Positions 15,977-26,016 of a DNA stretch of 42,297 bases are shown here, one piece after another (positions within the stretch are counted from its first letter, which is position 1; every line of letters begins with the position of its first letter). The translations under genes and the position numbers were made by a program. The notes under the pieces were generated by a model. It saw only the letters and a list, made by a program, of their open reading frames with translations, did no database searches and was not told the DNA's origin. Source of the stretch: a virus; the UHGV virus genome UHGV-1359479; one strand, given 5' to 3'.

Positions 15977-16100
15977 GCTGCCCGACCGCAGCCAGGCTAA
16001 GACGCAGGGCGACCTCGTCAGGCTGCTTGTGGAAGACCAGAACGCCATCGAGCGGAAGAACGCGGACCTCGGCGTTTTAAGGGAGTACTACTCAAAGTGA
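15825..16100 (+). CDS. o-spanin (Rz1-like lipoprotein), starting inside the i-spanin gene in the +1 frame
   Basis: A signal peptide with the lipobox LMTSC, and a proline-rich body. Confidence 0.55.
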   Translation: MSRPIKELLRQSRLWTVIATGLSVLCLMTSCAPSTKPVCPAPPLELLAPIELPDRSQAKTQGDLVRLLVEDQNAIERKNADLGVLREYYSK

Positions 16101-16639
16101 TGCCGCCGTCCTCCAGCACCCTGTCCGTCGACTGGTCCTATTATGTGCAGACGCTCTCTAGCGGCGGATATATTAAGGGCCTGATTGCCTGCTGTACCTG
16201 GTTCGCATCTCTGACCGGTATAGCCATAGAGGTGTATGCTATCTGTCTCTGTCTGTGCGTTGTGGATATGGTGCTGGGTACCTACGCCGCCATCAGGCAG
16301 GGGAGGTTCTCCCTGCGTATCTTCCAGCGCGGCGTCATGAAGTTCATCGTGTATGGCGTGTACATCCTCGTCGCCGCAGCTGTGCAGATTGTGCTGTCGA
16401 GGACGATCAGCATCGAAGTCCCGATGGTCGGATGGATTATCGCGTATCTTGGTGCCAATGATGCCTTGTCAATAATGGCCAACGCAAGAAATCTTGGGTG
16501 GCCGATGCCTAAGCTATTCCAGACTATTATTGTTCGGGTAACTCATGGTGTTGAGAAGCATGCGATGAGCGCTCTTGATGTAATCGACACAAAAGATACA
16601 GACGAACACAAGGGATACTGCAATGGCAAAAAGCGCTGA
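16097..16639 (+). CDS. holin (4-TM phage holin family)
   Basis: Four hydrophobic segments. CVVDMVLGTYAAIRQGRFS resembles the holin family 4_1. Confidence 0.55.
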   Translation: MMPPSSSTLSVDWSYYVQTLSSGGYIKGLIACCTWFASLTGIAIEVYAICLCLCVVDMVLGTYAAIRQGRFSLRIFQRGVMKFIVYGVYILVAAAVQIVLSRTISIEVPMVGWIIAYLGANDALSIMANARNLGWPMPKLFQTIIVRVTHGVEKHAMSALDVIDTKDTDEHKGYCNGKKR

Positions 16640-16733
16640 CGCATGGGGGAGGGGCGGCCATATCTTTACCGCCTTTCGCTTCTAGACCGGACTTGCACTC
16701 GAAAATTCTTTTTTGGTCATTTTTAGGGGTAAT

Positions 16734-17054
16734 ATGGGCAAAAACAGCTGGATGTACGGGGCCGCATGGCAGCAGGCGAGAGCCGACTATCTGACCCGGC
16801 ACCCCTTCTGTGCTATCTGCGGTAAGCCGCTCCGTGGTGCTGACGCCATCGTCGACCATATCAGGCCCCACCATGGGGACTGGACTCTCTTCTGGGATGA
16901 GTCGAACTGGCAGGCCCTCTGTAAAAGATGCCACGACGCCCACAAGCAGAGACAGGAGCATGGAGGAATTATCGGAGGGTGTGACGCCAGCGGCATGCCC
17001 ACTGACCCGATGCATCCATGGAATGAGGAGGAGAAAAATGGGACGAAGAGGTAA
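16734..17054 (+). CDS. HNH endonuclease (terminase-associated)
   Basis: CAICG...VDHIRPHH...N.QALCKRCH is the HNH motif. Confidence 0.8.
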   Translation: MGKNSWMYGAAWQQARADYLTRHPFCAICGKPLRGADAIVDHIRPHHGDWTLFWDESNWQALCKRCHDAHKQRQEHGGIIGGCDASGMPTDPMHPWNEEEKNGTKR

Positions 17055-17505
17055 GGCTGGGGAGCTAGAAAGATGCCTCTCTGGCGGCAGAGCGGCGAAA
17101 GCTCATCCCGCCCCCAAGGTTCTTCAGAAAACAGGCCGCGCGCTATGGAAAAATATAGTGGCGGCGTACCCGGACGATTATTTCAGGGCCGGGGACTGGC
17201 CGCTCCTGCAGTCGTACTGCCAGGAATTTGAGCGCCACGAGGAGGCGCAGAAGCATCTTCTCGAGGAGGGCGCCGTTATCCCCACAGCCAGCGGCGGTAT
17301 GAGACGGTCTCCGTGGCATGACGTGCTTGTGGCGTCCATCAACGCCATGACGGCCATCGCCACGAAGCTCCGTCTGTGCGCCAATTCCCGGGTAGACAGG
17401 AAGGTCAATGGACTCGGGAACGCCAATGTCGCGAAAGAGAAGGGCCGTTCGGGGCTTATGTTTGGTGACTTCCCTGATAAGTCCGACAGGGCCAGCGTGC
17501 AGTGA
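17038..17505 (+). CDS. terminase small subunit, P27 family
   Basis: A GAGGAGGAG RBS precedes it. Its conserved segments resemble P27-family TerS. Confidence 0.6.
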   Translation: MGRRGKAGELERCLSGGRAAKAHPAPKVLQKTGRALWKNIVAAYPDDYFRAGDWPLLQSYCQEFERHEEAQKHLLEEGAVIPTASGGMRRSPWHDVLVASINAMTAIATKLRLCANSRVDRKVNGLGNANVAKEKGRSGLMFGDFPDKSDRASVQ

Positions 17506-19490
17506 TGGACAGGGCGGACAGAATAATCGCCTTCATCGAGACACTGAAAGCCCCTGACGGCATGGATGTGGGGCAGCCTATCGTCCTGCGTCCGTGGCAG
17601 AAGGATATCCTGCGTCAGGTGTATGGCCCTGTCGGTCCTGACGGGCGCCGTATATGCAGGCAGGCCATCCTTTCGGTCGGGCGGAAGAACGGGAAAGGTC
17701 TATCCTTGGATACGCCTATTCCGACACCGTCTGGATGGACGACCATGGGCGAGGTGAGCGTCGGCGACGTGCTTTATGACGAGCAGGGCAACGAATGCCA
17801 TGTGACATTCGTCAGCGAGATACACCACATCGACTGCTACAAGTTTGTCTTCTCCAATGGCGAGGAGATAGTCTGCGACGGCGACCACAGATGGGCATTC
17901 CAACAGGCCGACGGTTCCATGCCAGTCATGGTGGCGAGAGACTTGTGGCGTGGCTTTGCCTTCGGCGGCGCTCTTCCTTCGGGATTCCTCCCGAACAGGG
18001 ACGTCACGCTGTCCTGCATCTGGCAGTGCCTGTCCGTCCCAACAAAGTGCATCCAGGTGGACAGTCATAATTCGTTGTTCCTGTGCGGGAAGACAATGCT
18101 CCCGACTCATAACACCGCCCTTGTGGCCGGGCTGTGTCTTGCCCACCTCTGCGGGCCGGAAGCTATCAGAAACGGCCAGCTCTACTCAGTGGCCTTTGAC
18201 CGCGAGCAGGCCGCCATCCTGTTCAAGTATATGGCGGCCATGGTGTACGCTGATGACGAGCTCTCCGCACGCCTCAATGTTGTGGAATCGAGGAAACGTA
18301 TCCTCGACCCCATATCCGGCTCCGAGTATCAGGCCCTTTCAGCCGAGACACGAGGGAAGCACGGCAAGTCAAGCTCGTTCATTGTGTTCGATGAGCTGGC
18401 GCAGTTTGGGGCCGACCGTGAGCTCTATGATGTCATGATGACCTCGCGCGGCGCCCATGCAGAGCCCATGGTGTGGGTTATCTCTACGCAGGCGGCCTCG
18501 GATACGGCCGTACTCTCCGAGCTCATCGACTACGGGGAGAAGGTCAACCGCGGAGAGATAGATGACCCTAAGACAAGGTGTTTCTGCTTTACGGTCCCGA
18601 TGACCGATGACCCGTGGGACGAGGCCAACTGGAAGAAGTCAAACCCGGCACTGGGGGACTTCCGCTCCCTCGATGAGATGAGAGAGACGGCCGAAAGGGC
18701 GAAGCGGATCCCCTCGGCCGAGGCGGCATTCAGAAATCTTTACCTAAATCAGAGGGTGGATGGCGCGGCGCATTTCATTACGCCTGCAGTTTGGAAGCAT
18801 AACGGCGGCGAACCTGACCTATCCCTCTTCGAGGATCTTCCCGTCTATGCCGGCCTTGACCTGTCTGCCAAAAACGACCTCACGGCGCTGGTGCTGACAT
18901 GCAGGGACGGGACGGGTCCCTGGCATGTCCTCCCGTATTTCTGGACACCAAAAGAGGGGCTTGTGGACAGGGCCGAAAGGGACCGTACTCCATACGACGT
19001 GTGGGTGAAACAGGGCTACCTCTATACGACACCCGGGCGGACGGTAGACTATGGCTTTGTCGCTCAGGAGATCAAAAAGCTCATGGGCCGGATGCACATA
19101 GCCGGACTGAAGTTCGACAGGTGGAGGATTGACGACATGGTGCGGGAGCTCCGTGACGTGGGCGTCGAGGCCTATGTCGACGGCAAGGAAGAGGCGTATC
19201 CCGACGGCCTCAGGATGATCCCGCACGGGCAGGGTTTCCGTGACATGAATCCGGCCGTGGAGGCCCTCGAGGACTATCTGGCCAACGGGAAGATCCGTCA
19301 TGGCATGCATCCGGTGCTCACGATGTGCGCAAGCAATGTCCGTGTACAGCAGGACCCATCAGGGAACAGGAAGTTCGATAAGATAAAATCGACGGGACGA
19401 ATCGACGGTATTGTTGCTCTCGCTATGGCTCTCAACGGGGCAGTCGGAGGGGAGCCTGAAAGAACAGAATTTTTCGCGGAGGCATGGTAA
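17502..19490 (+). CDS. terminase large subunit, interrupted by a 139-aa mini-intein in the Walker A P-loop
   Basis: Splicing would give GRKNGK|TALVAGL. Walker B is FIVFDELAQF. The nuclease domain lies at the C-terminus. Confidence 0.85.
   Translation: MMDRADRIIAFIETLKAPDGMDVGQPIVLRPWQKDILRQVYGPVGPDGRRICRQAILSVGRKNGKGLSLDTPIPTPSGWTTMGEVSVGDVLYDEQGNECHVTFVSEIHHIDCYKFVFSNGEEIVCDGDHRWAFQQADGSMPVMVARDLWRGFAFGGALPSGFLPNRDVTLSCIWQCLSVPTKCIQVDSHNSLFLCGKTMLPTHNTALVAGLCLAHLCGPEAIRNGQLYSVAFDREQAAILFKYMAAMVYADDELSARLNVVESRKRILDPISGSEYQALSAETRGKHGKSSSFIVFDELAQFGADRELYDVMMTSRGAHAEPMVWVISTQAASDTAVLSELIDYGEKVNRGEIDDPKTRCFCFTVPMTDDPWDEANWKKSNPALGDFRSLDEMRETAERAKRIPSAEAAFRNLYLNQRVDGAAHFITPAVWKHNGGEPDLSLFEDLPVYAGLDLSAKNDLTALVLTCRDGTGPWHVLPYFWTPKEGLVDRAERDRTPYDVWVKQGYLYTTPGRTVDYGFVAQEIKKLMGRMHIAGLKFDRWRIDDMVRELRDVGVEAYVDGKEEAYPDGLRMIPHGQGFRDMNPAVEALEDYLANGKIRHGMHPVLTMCASNVRVQQDPSGNRKFDKIKSTGRIDGIVALAMALNGAVGGEPERTEFFAEAW
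17697..18113 (+). other. mini-intein (Hint domain, no homing endonuclease) inside TerL. It has an atypical Gly at position 1 and ends in HN, followed by a +1 Thr.
   Basis: Block A is GLSLDTPIPTPSGW (canonical is C/S at position 1). The C-terminal block is VDSHNSLFLCGKTMLPTHN|T. Confidence 0.65.
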
Positions 19491-19491
19491 T

Positions 19492-20727
19492 ATGTTCGAT
19501 TTTTTCAGAAAAAAGCGAAAAAAAGAAACAAAAAGCGCGTCGTATGATGATTTGGTGATGAGCTACGGTATCGCCCAGTCCCATGCGGGTATTTATGTCA
19601 CTCCGTCTACGGCACTGCAGTGTTCGACCGTCCTCGCGTGTGTCAGGACAATAGCCAACGGCATCGCTCAGGTCCCATTTCGCCTCGTACAGCAGAAAGG
19701 CGAGGTCAGGAAGCCGGCGATGGCTCACCCCCTCTATGATTTGCTCTATATGGCCCCGAATGAGTGGCAGGACGCCTTCGAGTTCTGGCACATGGTCATG
19801 ATGCACCTTACCCTGACGGGCAACGCCTATATCTGGATTAACCGCCTGCCTGACGGGCGCATCGCCGAGCTCCTGCCGTATCCTCCCGGCTCTGTCTCCA
19901 TCCAGCGTGACGGCTGGAAGGTACAGTACTCCATCACCCTGCAGGACAAGACGTACATCACCGTCCCCCAGGCGGACATGTGGCACATCAGGTGGCTCGC
20001 GTGGGACGGCGTGTGCGGACTGAATGCCGTAGCTATGGCCAGAGAGGCCGTCGGTCTCGCTCTGTCACTTGACGCCCACGGAGCAACATCATTTAAAAAC
20101 GGAAGCCGCCTCTCAGGATTTCTGTCTGTGGCCCAGCGTCTCGACGAGCAACAAAGGAAAAGTCTCCGTCAGGCATGGGAAGAGGCTTTCGGAGGTGCTG
20201 AGAACTCAGGGAAGATTGCCGTGCTCGGCGCAGACATGAAGTATCAGCAGCTCCAGGCGACAAATGATGTATCTCAGTATGATCAGACGCGAAGGTATCA
20301 GGTTGAAGAGATATGCCGCGCATTTGGAGTTGATCCTGTCATGATCGGTTATTCTGACAAGGCCGCCACATTCGCCTCAGTGGAGCAGAAGAGCATACAA
20401 CATATTGTATACTGCCTCGGGCCGTGGTATTCTTGCATAGAGAAAAGCGCGGATAGGTGGCTTCTCACAGCCAAGGAGCGCCGGATTGGATACTATTTCA
20501 AGTTCAACGTTAACGCACTGCTTCGAGGCGCAAGCGCGGACAGAGCGAGCTTCTATACTCAGCTCTACAATATCGGGGCAATCAGCCCGAACGAGATACG
20601 AGAACTCGAGGATATGAATCCATATGAAGGCGGAGATGAATACCGTGTTCCGCTCAACATGGAAGAACCGGGGAAAAATACAGAGGAAGGAGACGAAGAT
20701 GCTTCTCAGGACAAGGATAGGATGTGA
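19492..20727 (+). CDS. portal protein, HK97 family
   Basis: Size, position and portal-family blocks. Confidence 0.8.
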   Translation: MFDFFRKKRKKETKSASYDDLVMSYGIAQSHAGIYVTPSTALQCSTVLACVRTIANGIAQVPFRLVQQKGEVRKPAMAHPLYDLLYMAPNEWQDAFEFWHMVMMHLTLTGNAYIWINRLPDGRIAELLPYPPGSVSIQRDGWKVQYSITLQDKTYITVPQADMWHIRWLAWDGVCGLNAVAMAREAVGLALSLDAHGATSFKNGSRLSGFLSVAQRLDEQQRKSLRQAWEEAFGGAENSGKIAVLGADMKYQQLQATNDVSQYDQTRRYQVEEICRAFGVDPVMIGYSDKAATFASVEQKSIQHIVYCLGPWYSCIEKSADRWLLTAKERRIGYYFKFNVNALLRGASADRASFYTQLYNIGAISPNEIRELEDMNPYEGGDEYRVPLNMEEPGKNTEEGDEDASQDKDRM

Positions 20728-21397
20728 GATCAAGGCCGCCGGGGCCCCCGACGCGCCTGAGATGACCTTCTCCGGCTACGGCTCCGTTTTTGGTGTCCTC
20801 GACGCCTATGATGACATCATCGAGCCCGGGGCATTCTCTGCTACCATTTCGCAATTCAAGTCTTCGGGAGTCTGGCCGGCCATGCTAGCCCAGCATGGAG
20901 GATGGAGGGGCTCCTCGCAGGATATGACGCCTGTGGGTGTATGGACAGAGATGCGTGAAGACGACCACGGGCTCTACGTGGAGGGGAAGCTCGCTGATAC
21001 CCCGAGGGGCCGCGAGCTCTATACCCTGATGAAGATGACGCCGAGACCGGCCATCAACGGACTCTCTATAGGATACTATGTCACGGACTTCCGAGACGAG
21101 GAGATAGTCGGCGGGAGTATCCGCCACATCACCGGAATTGACCTGGTGGAGCTGTCTCTTGTGACTTTCCCGGCCAATGACGAGGCCAGGATTGAAAATG
21201 TAAAAAGCGGCCAGCGTGCCTCTATACGCGACGCCGAGAGGGCCCTGCGGGAAGCGGGTTTCTCCCGGAGCGAAGCGAAGAGCATTCTCGCCGGTGGGTA
21301 TAAGTCCCTGTCCCTGCGGGATGCCGGAGACGGAGATGCAGTGATAGCCGCTCTTCTGCGGCGTAACATTTCCGCCCTAAGGGGCGAGGAGAACTAA
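20699..21397 (+). CDS. prohead protease, HK97 family (S78)
   Basis: Position and conserved blocks. Confidence 0.75.
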   Translation: MLLRTRIGCEIKAAGAPDAPEMTFSGYGSVFGVLDAYDDIIEPGAFSATISQFKSSGVWPAMLAQHGGWRGSSQDMTPVGVWTEMREDDHGLYVEGKLADTPRGRELYTLMKMTPRPAINGLSIGYYVTDFRDEEIVGGSIRHITGIDLVELSLVTFPANDEARIENVKSGQRASIRDAERALREAGFSRSEAKSILAGGYKSLSLRDAGDGDAVIAALLRRNISALRGEEN

Positions 21398-21399
21398 AA

Positions 21400-22611
21400 A
21401 TGTCTGACGAAATCAGAGAACTTATTGAACAGCAGGGAAAAGCATTCGAGGAATTCAGGAAGTCCAACGACGAGCGCCTCGCGGCCCTCGAAAAGGGCGA
21501 GGCCCGCTCCGAGTTGGAAGAGAAGACCGACCGCATCAATGACGAACTCGGCCGTCTCTCCGCTGCCGTGGATGAGCTCGCCAAAAAGGCGAACCGCCCC
21601 GGTGCCCCCGGAGTAGAAGGAGACGAAGCCCTGCAGGCCGAGCACAAATCTGCGTGGATAAAGTGGGTCCGTAAGGGCGACGATGCCGGACTCGCTGACA
21701 TCGAGCATAAGGCGATGAATGTCGGTACTCCGGCCGATGGCGGATACGCTGTTCCCATCCAGCAGGACCGTGACATCATGCGCCTGCTGACTGACCTCTC
21801 CCCCATGCGCCAGGTGTGCAGGGTCATGACTGTCGGCACAGAGGACTACAGAAAACTCGTCAACCTCGGCGGCACCGCTTCCGGCTGGGTGGGCGAGACT
21901 GACGCCCGTCCCGCTACTGCCGGCCCGACTCTCGCTCAGCTGAAGCCTTCCTTCGGCGAGCTCTACGCCAACCCTGAAGTCACGCAGAAGGCCCTCGATG
22001 ACATCTTCTTCAATGTGGAGGGCGAGCTTTCGCAGGACATCTCCGAGTCTTTCGCCGTCCTCGAGGGGAAGGCCTTTCTGTCCGGCACCGGCACGAATCA
22101 GCCCGTTGGCCTGCTGACGGCCAAAACGTCCGCGGAGGCCGACTCCGCGAGGGCCTTCGGGACTGTGCAGCACATCGCAACCGGCGTTGCTGATAACTTC
22201 CCGGCCAAGGATCCGGCCGATATTCTTATCGACCTCATCTACTCCATGAAGGCCGGATACCGTACCGGCGCCCAGTTCATGGTGAACAGCATGACCCTCG
22301 CGGCCATGAGAAAATGGAAGGACGGGGATGGAAACTACATCTGGCAGCCGGCCATGCAGAACGGCCAGCCCGGCTCCATCTTCGGCTATGGGTATGTCAC
22401 GAACGAGGACATGCCCTCTGCCGGAGCCGATGCCATCCCCGTGGTCTTCGGAAACTTCCAGCAGGCATATGTCATCTTCGATCGCATGGGCATCAGGTCC
22501 CTGCGTGACCCCTACACGAATAAACCCTTTGTCGGCTTCTACACTACGAAGCGTGTGGGCTCGATGATCGCCAACACTCAGGCAGTCAAATTCCTTAAGT
22601 GTGCGGCCTAG
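21400..22611 (+). CDS. major capsid protein, HK97 fold
   Basis: An N-terminal coiled-coil delta domain followed by Phage_capsid-family blocks. Confidence 0.85.
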   Translation: MSDEIRELIEQQGKAFEEFRKSNDERLAALEKGEARSELEEKTDRINDELGRLSAAVDELAKKANRPGAPGVEGDEALQAEHKSAWIKWVRKGDDAGLADIEHKAMNVGTPADGGYAVPIQQDRDIMRLLTDLSPMRQVCRVMTVGTEDYRKLVNLGGTASGWVGETDARPATAGPTLAQLKPSFGELYANPEVTQKALDDIFFNVEGELSQDISESFAVLEGKAFLSGTGTNQPVGLLTAKTSAEADSARAFGTVQHIATGVADNFPAKDPADILIDLIYSMKAGYRTGAQFMVNSMTLAAMRKWKDGDGNYIWQPAMQNGQPGSIFGYGYVTNEDMPSAGADAIPVVFGNFQQAYVIFDRMGIRSLRDPYTNKPFVGFYTTKRVGSMIANTQAVKFLKCAA

Positions 22612-22787
22612 CCTATGCCGGTCAGACTGACAAGAACGTGGCGGTACTGGCATCGCGGGTGTATCCCCGTGGACTATGAGGCCGGTACCGTCATCGAGGA
22701 AGAAGAAGTGGCTAAGGTGGCCCTGCAGTGCGGGGCCGCCGTCCCCATCACGGCCACGAAAGAGAAGAAGCCCGTGGAGAAGAAGCG

Positions 22788-23351
22788 GTGACACTGACAT
22801 ACTCCCCTCTCACTGCGGCTGGCCCGCTGGTCGAGCTGGCAGACATGAAGCTCTACCTCCGTGTCGACTCGGATGCGGAGGATACTCTGATCCAGAGTCT
22901 GATCCTTTCTGCCGGCACGGAGGCTGAGCATATCACGCACCGTGTCCTCGCCAGACGGGACTACCTCGTCACGTGCGAGGGGGGTATCACGGAGCCGGTG
23001 ACACTGCCGCTGGTTCCCTGCTCGTCGGTCAGTATCCTGACTGACGCCGCGGGGACATCGGAGGTGGATGCGTCTCTGTACTCCATCGGGCACACTTCCA
23101 GCCGGCCGGCGGGAGACGCGGATATCGTCACCGTAGTCCCCGGTGACGGGTTCCCCGCCGGTACGATCTGGATCAGGGCGGCGTGCGGCTACACCGATGT
23201 GCCCGAGCCTGTCAGGCAGTGGGTCAGGGTACGCGTGGCCACGCTCTATGAGCAGCGCGAGAACTTCACGATAGGGTCGAACTTCCAGGAGTTCTCGCAC
23301 AACTTCGCCGACAGTCTGCTGGACGACTACGTCATCCACGGGGGGTTCTAA
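22788..23351 (+). CDS. head-tail connector (gp6-like) with a GTG start
   Basis: LADMKLYLRVDSDAEDTLIQSLILSA is the connector family motif. Confidence 0.6.
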   Translation: MTLTYSPLTAAGPLVELADMKLYLRVDSDAEDTLIQSLILSAGTEAEHITHRVLARRDYLVTCEGGITEPVTLPLVPCSSVSILTDAAGTSEVDASLYSIGHTSSRPAGDADIVTVVPGDGFPAGTIWIRAACGYTDVPEPVRQWVRVRVATLYEQRENFTIGSNFQEFSHNFADSLLDDYVIHGGF

Positions 23352-23692
23352 TGCGGATAGGAACGCTCCGCCACCGGGTGACGTTACAGGAATACGTAAA
23401 GGGGAAGGACGCCTACGGCGGCATGACCCAGGAGTGGGTAGAGCGTGGCACCGTATGGACATCCTTCGAGGCCATGAGCGGCGCGGAGTTTTTCGCCTCG
23501 CAGCAGGCTCAGTCGCAGGTCACGCAGCGGGTCCGCATCCGCTACCGCTCCGGGCTGAAAAGCCTGTCATGGCGCCTCTGCACTCAGGACGGGCGGATAT
23601 ACAACATCATATCAATCCTTCCAGACAACACACGTCAGACTATGGTGCTGATGTGTCAGGAGGCCTCGTATGAGCAGACGGTCCAGCGGTGA
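23351..23692 (+). CDS. head closure / head-tail joining protein
   Basis: Small size, position and the pattern VWTSFEAMSGAEF...RIRYR. Confidence 0.6.
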   Translation: MRIGTLRHRVTLQEYVKGKDAYGGMTQEWVERGTVWTSFEAMSGAEFFASQQAQSQVTQRVRIRYRSGLKSLSWRLCTQDGRIYNIISILPDNTRQTMVLMCQEASYEQTVQR

Positions 23693-24065
23693 GCACGCAT
23701 GGGTAGAAATGTCCGACGCCGACATTCAGGCCATGGTCAGGAGCGTACAGCCTGACGTGGACAGGATCCTCGAGGCTGTAGCGGGTCAGGTCGCCTCGGC
23801 GGCCGCGGCCAGCACGGCCTTCAGGGACGGAAGCCAGAAGACACGGCATCAGGCGCTTCGCCGGAGCATCCGTGTCAAAAAGTCCCGGTACGAGCTGGGG
23901 GGATACATCGTCCAGGCTACGGCGCCGCACGCGCACCTCGTGGAGTTCGGCCACGCCATGGTCACGCATGACGGCAGGGTGGTCGGTCATGTGCCGGCGC
24001 ACTCCTTCCTCAGGCGGGCCAAACGGAGCGTCATTGCGAGGCTCGGGAGGGTGAAGCTGTCATGA
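23670..24065 (+). CDS. HK97 gp10-family tail-component protein
   Basis: PHAHLVEFGH motif. Confidence 0.55.
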   Translation: MSRRSSGEHAWVEMSDADIQAMVRSVQPDVDRILEAVAGQVASAAAASTAFRDGSQKTRHQALRRSIRVKKSRYELGGYIVQATAPHAHLVEFGHAMVTHDGRVVGHVPAHSFLRRAKRSVIARLGRVKLS

Positions 24066-24451
24066 GCCTGACCGGAGCTGACTTCGAGGCCGTCTTCCTC
24101 TCGGCCCTTCAGAACAACGACGCCCTGAAGGCTCTAGTGGGAGACAGGGTCTTCGCCCTGATCATCCCCGATGGTACGTATCTCCCGTGCGTGACCTTCC
24201 AGCGCATCAGCGGCACGCCCGCCAACACCTTGGGGGGACGCTCCGGCCTCGAGGAGATCGAGATGCAGGTCGACGTCTGGGCGCGTACCTACGCAGAAGC
24301 CAAGGCCGTGACGAAGGCCGTCAGGGACGCTGTTCCCGCGAGAGGTGCCGTTTTCGGGGCTCATCTCATTCAGGACAGCGACACGTATGAATCTGAAACA
24401 AATTACTACCGCATCACTATGGAATATACCTGTTGGATGCTGGAGGAATAA
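24062..24451 (+). CDS. tail completion protein (DUF3168-like)
   Basis: Position, size and the pattern LVGDRVFALIIPDGTYLPCVTF. Confidence 0.5.
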   Translation: MSLTGADFEAVFLSALQNNDALKALVGDRVFALIIPDGTYLPCVTFQRISGTPANTLGGRSGLEEIEMQVDVWARTYAEAKAVTKAVRDAVPARGAVFGAHLIQDSDTYESETNYYRITMEYTCWMLEE

Positions 24452-24453
24452 AA

Positions 24454-25419
24454 ATGGCAATCGAAAAGATAGCCCGAGGATACAAAACAGAGTGCCTGAT
24501 GGACTTCGAGGAATCCTTTGGCCAGGCGCCTGAAACGCATGGTGGTGTTATCCTTCCCATCAACAGCTTCAAACTGACGGTGAACAGGGCCAAGAACAGC
24601 GCCAAGACGCTGATCGGACGCCGTGACCCAGTGGAGCCTTTTGACGGCAACGTAGAGACATCCGGTGACATCAAGGTACCCGTAGACGCCAGAGCCTTTG
24701 GGTGGTGGCTCCGCAACCTCTTCGGGAGGCCCGTGACGAGCGGTGACGCGGCCCCGTATACGCATGTCTACCAGCCGAAAGACGAGTCTCCCTCAACCGT
24801 TCTGCAGTGTTCTTACGGCACGGACCCTGAGACTTTTGGACTTTATTCCGGATGCAAGGTAAGCCAGCTGAAGATTACCGCCGGCGGTGACGATGAACTG
24901 ACCGCAACCATCACCATGGCTGGGCAGATAGGGACTTTCTCGGAGACGAACTACAATGACAAGGCCGCTCCCGTAACGTTAAAGCGTTTCTCGAACTTTC
25001 AGGCAGCATTAAAGCGTGACGGCAAGGAGTTTGCTGTTTGCACGGCATTCAGCTTTACCTTCGACAACGGACTCGACACGGATACCCGCACTCTCGGCAG
25101 TCAGGGCAAGCTCTACGACATCCCCGAAGGCATCATGAGCGTGACGGGCTCTGTGACCTGTCTCTTCACGTCGCTGGCCATGCTGGAAGAGGCCCAGACA
25201 TCCAAGGAGATGGCGCTGGAGCTGACATTCGCTATCGACGACAACACCTCGCTGTCCTTCCTGCTCCCTGAGGTCCAGATCCAGTACCAGGGCCCGACCG
25301 TGGAGGGGCCGACAGGCATTAAAGTCGAGTACCCCTTCGTCGCCTACTATAATGACTCGACCGAGAACACCGTCTGTAAGGTCACACTCAAGAACGACGT
25401 CGCCTCTTACGCTGACTAG
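24454..25419 (+). CDS. major tail (tube) protein
   Basis: Position upstream of the G/GT chaperones. 321 aa. Confidence 0.6.
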   Translation: MAIEKIARGYKTECLMDFEESFGQAPETHGGVILPINSFKLTVNRAKNSAKTLIGRRDPVEPFDGNVETSGDIKVPVDARAFGWWLRNLFGRPVTSGDAAPYTHVYQPKDESPSTVLQCSYGTDPETFGLYSGCKVSQLKITAGGDDELTATITMAGQIGTFSETNYNDKAAPVTLKRFSNFQAALKRDGKEFAVCTAFSFTFDNGLDTDTRTLGSQGKLYDIPEGIMSVTGSVTCLFTSLAMLEEAQTSKEMALELTFAIDDNTSLSFLLPEVQIQYQGPTVEGPTGIKVEYPFVAYYNDSTENTVCKVTLKNDVASYAD

Positions 25420-25429
25420 GAGAACAACA

Positions 25430-25669
25430 ATGAGAGAAGTAAAACTTTCGACCGGAAAAACCGTCGTCGTCCGCCCCCTGACGGGCAAAGATGTCCGCGA
25501 GCTCGACGCTATGCCGAAGGCTACTGACTGGAGCCTCCTCTGGGAGACCCTCCGCAGGGCTGGTTTTTCTCAGGAACAGCTCGATGAGCTCCCCTTCCCC
25601 GACGTCCTCGCCATCAACCGGGGTGTGTCAGCCGAGACCTACGGGCTCAAGGAAGAAGAAAAAAACTAG
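25430..25669 (+). CDS. tail assembly chaperone, G-like
   Basis: Lies between the major tail and tape-measure genes and ends just after the slippery heptamer. Confidence 0.7.
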   Translation: MREVKLSTGKTVVVRPLTGKDVRELDAMPKATDWSLLWETLRRAGFSQEQLDELPFPDVLAINRGVSAETYGLKEEEKN

Positions 25670-26016
25670 CATCCCTCTGGGAGTGGCTTACCGGTGATGG
25701 CGCGGAATTCTGCGACACGTGCCGGAAGGCCGCCCGCCAGAGGGGAAGCGAGTGCCACTGCGCTGACTGCGATGGCCGCCCGCCGGAGCTCCTCCCGGGC
25801 AATGAGGAGGCATGGGAGCTGCTCATGGCGGGGGCTACGCAGATACGTACAGGCTTCGGGGGGACGATCGGATTTGACTACATGGCTCTAAAAACTCTTG
25901 CCGATGACTTCGGGTTCGAGACGAGCCCGGCATTCTGGAGGAAGGTCAGGGCCGTAGAGAACGTCATCAGGAAGAATGAGGCCAGAGCCGCATCCAGGCG
26001 GAAGACTACCTCTTAA
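25430..26016 (+). CDS. tail assembly chaperone GT-like fusion, produced by a -1 programmed ribosomal frameshift at A_AAA_AAC (25660-25666)
   Basis: The -1 frame is open from the heptamer to 26016. Confidence 0.6.
25660..25666 (+). promoter_or_regulatory. -1 PRF slippery heptamer A_AAA_AAC
   Basis: X_XXY_YYZ in the zero frame, 1-3 nt before the G stop codon. Confidence 0.6.

Noticed and set aside
16810-17505. A 231-aa ORF starting inside the HNH gene.
   Set aside because: The same frame holds the P27-type TerS. The real start is the RBS-preceded ATG at 17038, and the upstream extension is an overlap artefact. The same applies to 15536 for the i-spanin and to 30332 for the I-J fusion.
22616-22792. 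A 58-aa ORF between the capsid and connector genes.
   Set aside because: It has no convincing RBS and no recognisable motif. It could be a small head protein, but support is insufficient.
21394-22800. A 468-aa minus-strand ORF overlapping the major capsid gene. Similar long antisense ORFs are at 991-2004, 10101-11303, 12752-13534, 30389-31969 and 33491-35152.
   Set aside because: They are low-complexity, Arg/Gly/Pro-rich translations typical of the antisense strand of GC-rich coding DNA. The sense-strand genes have clear family signatures.
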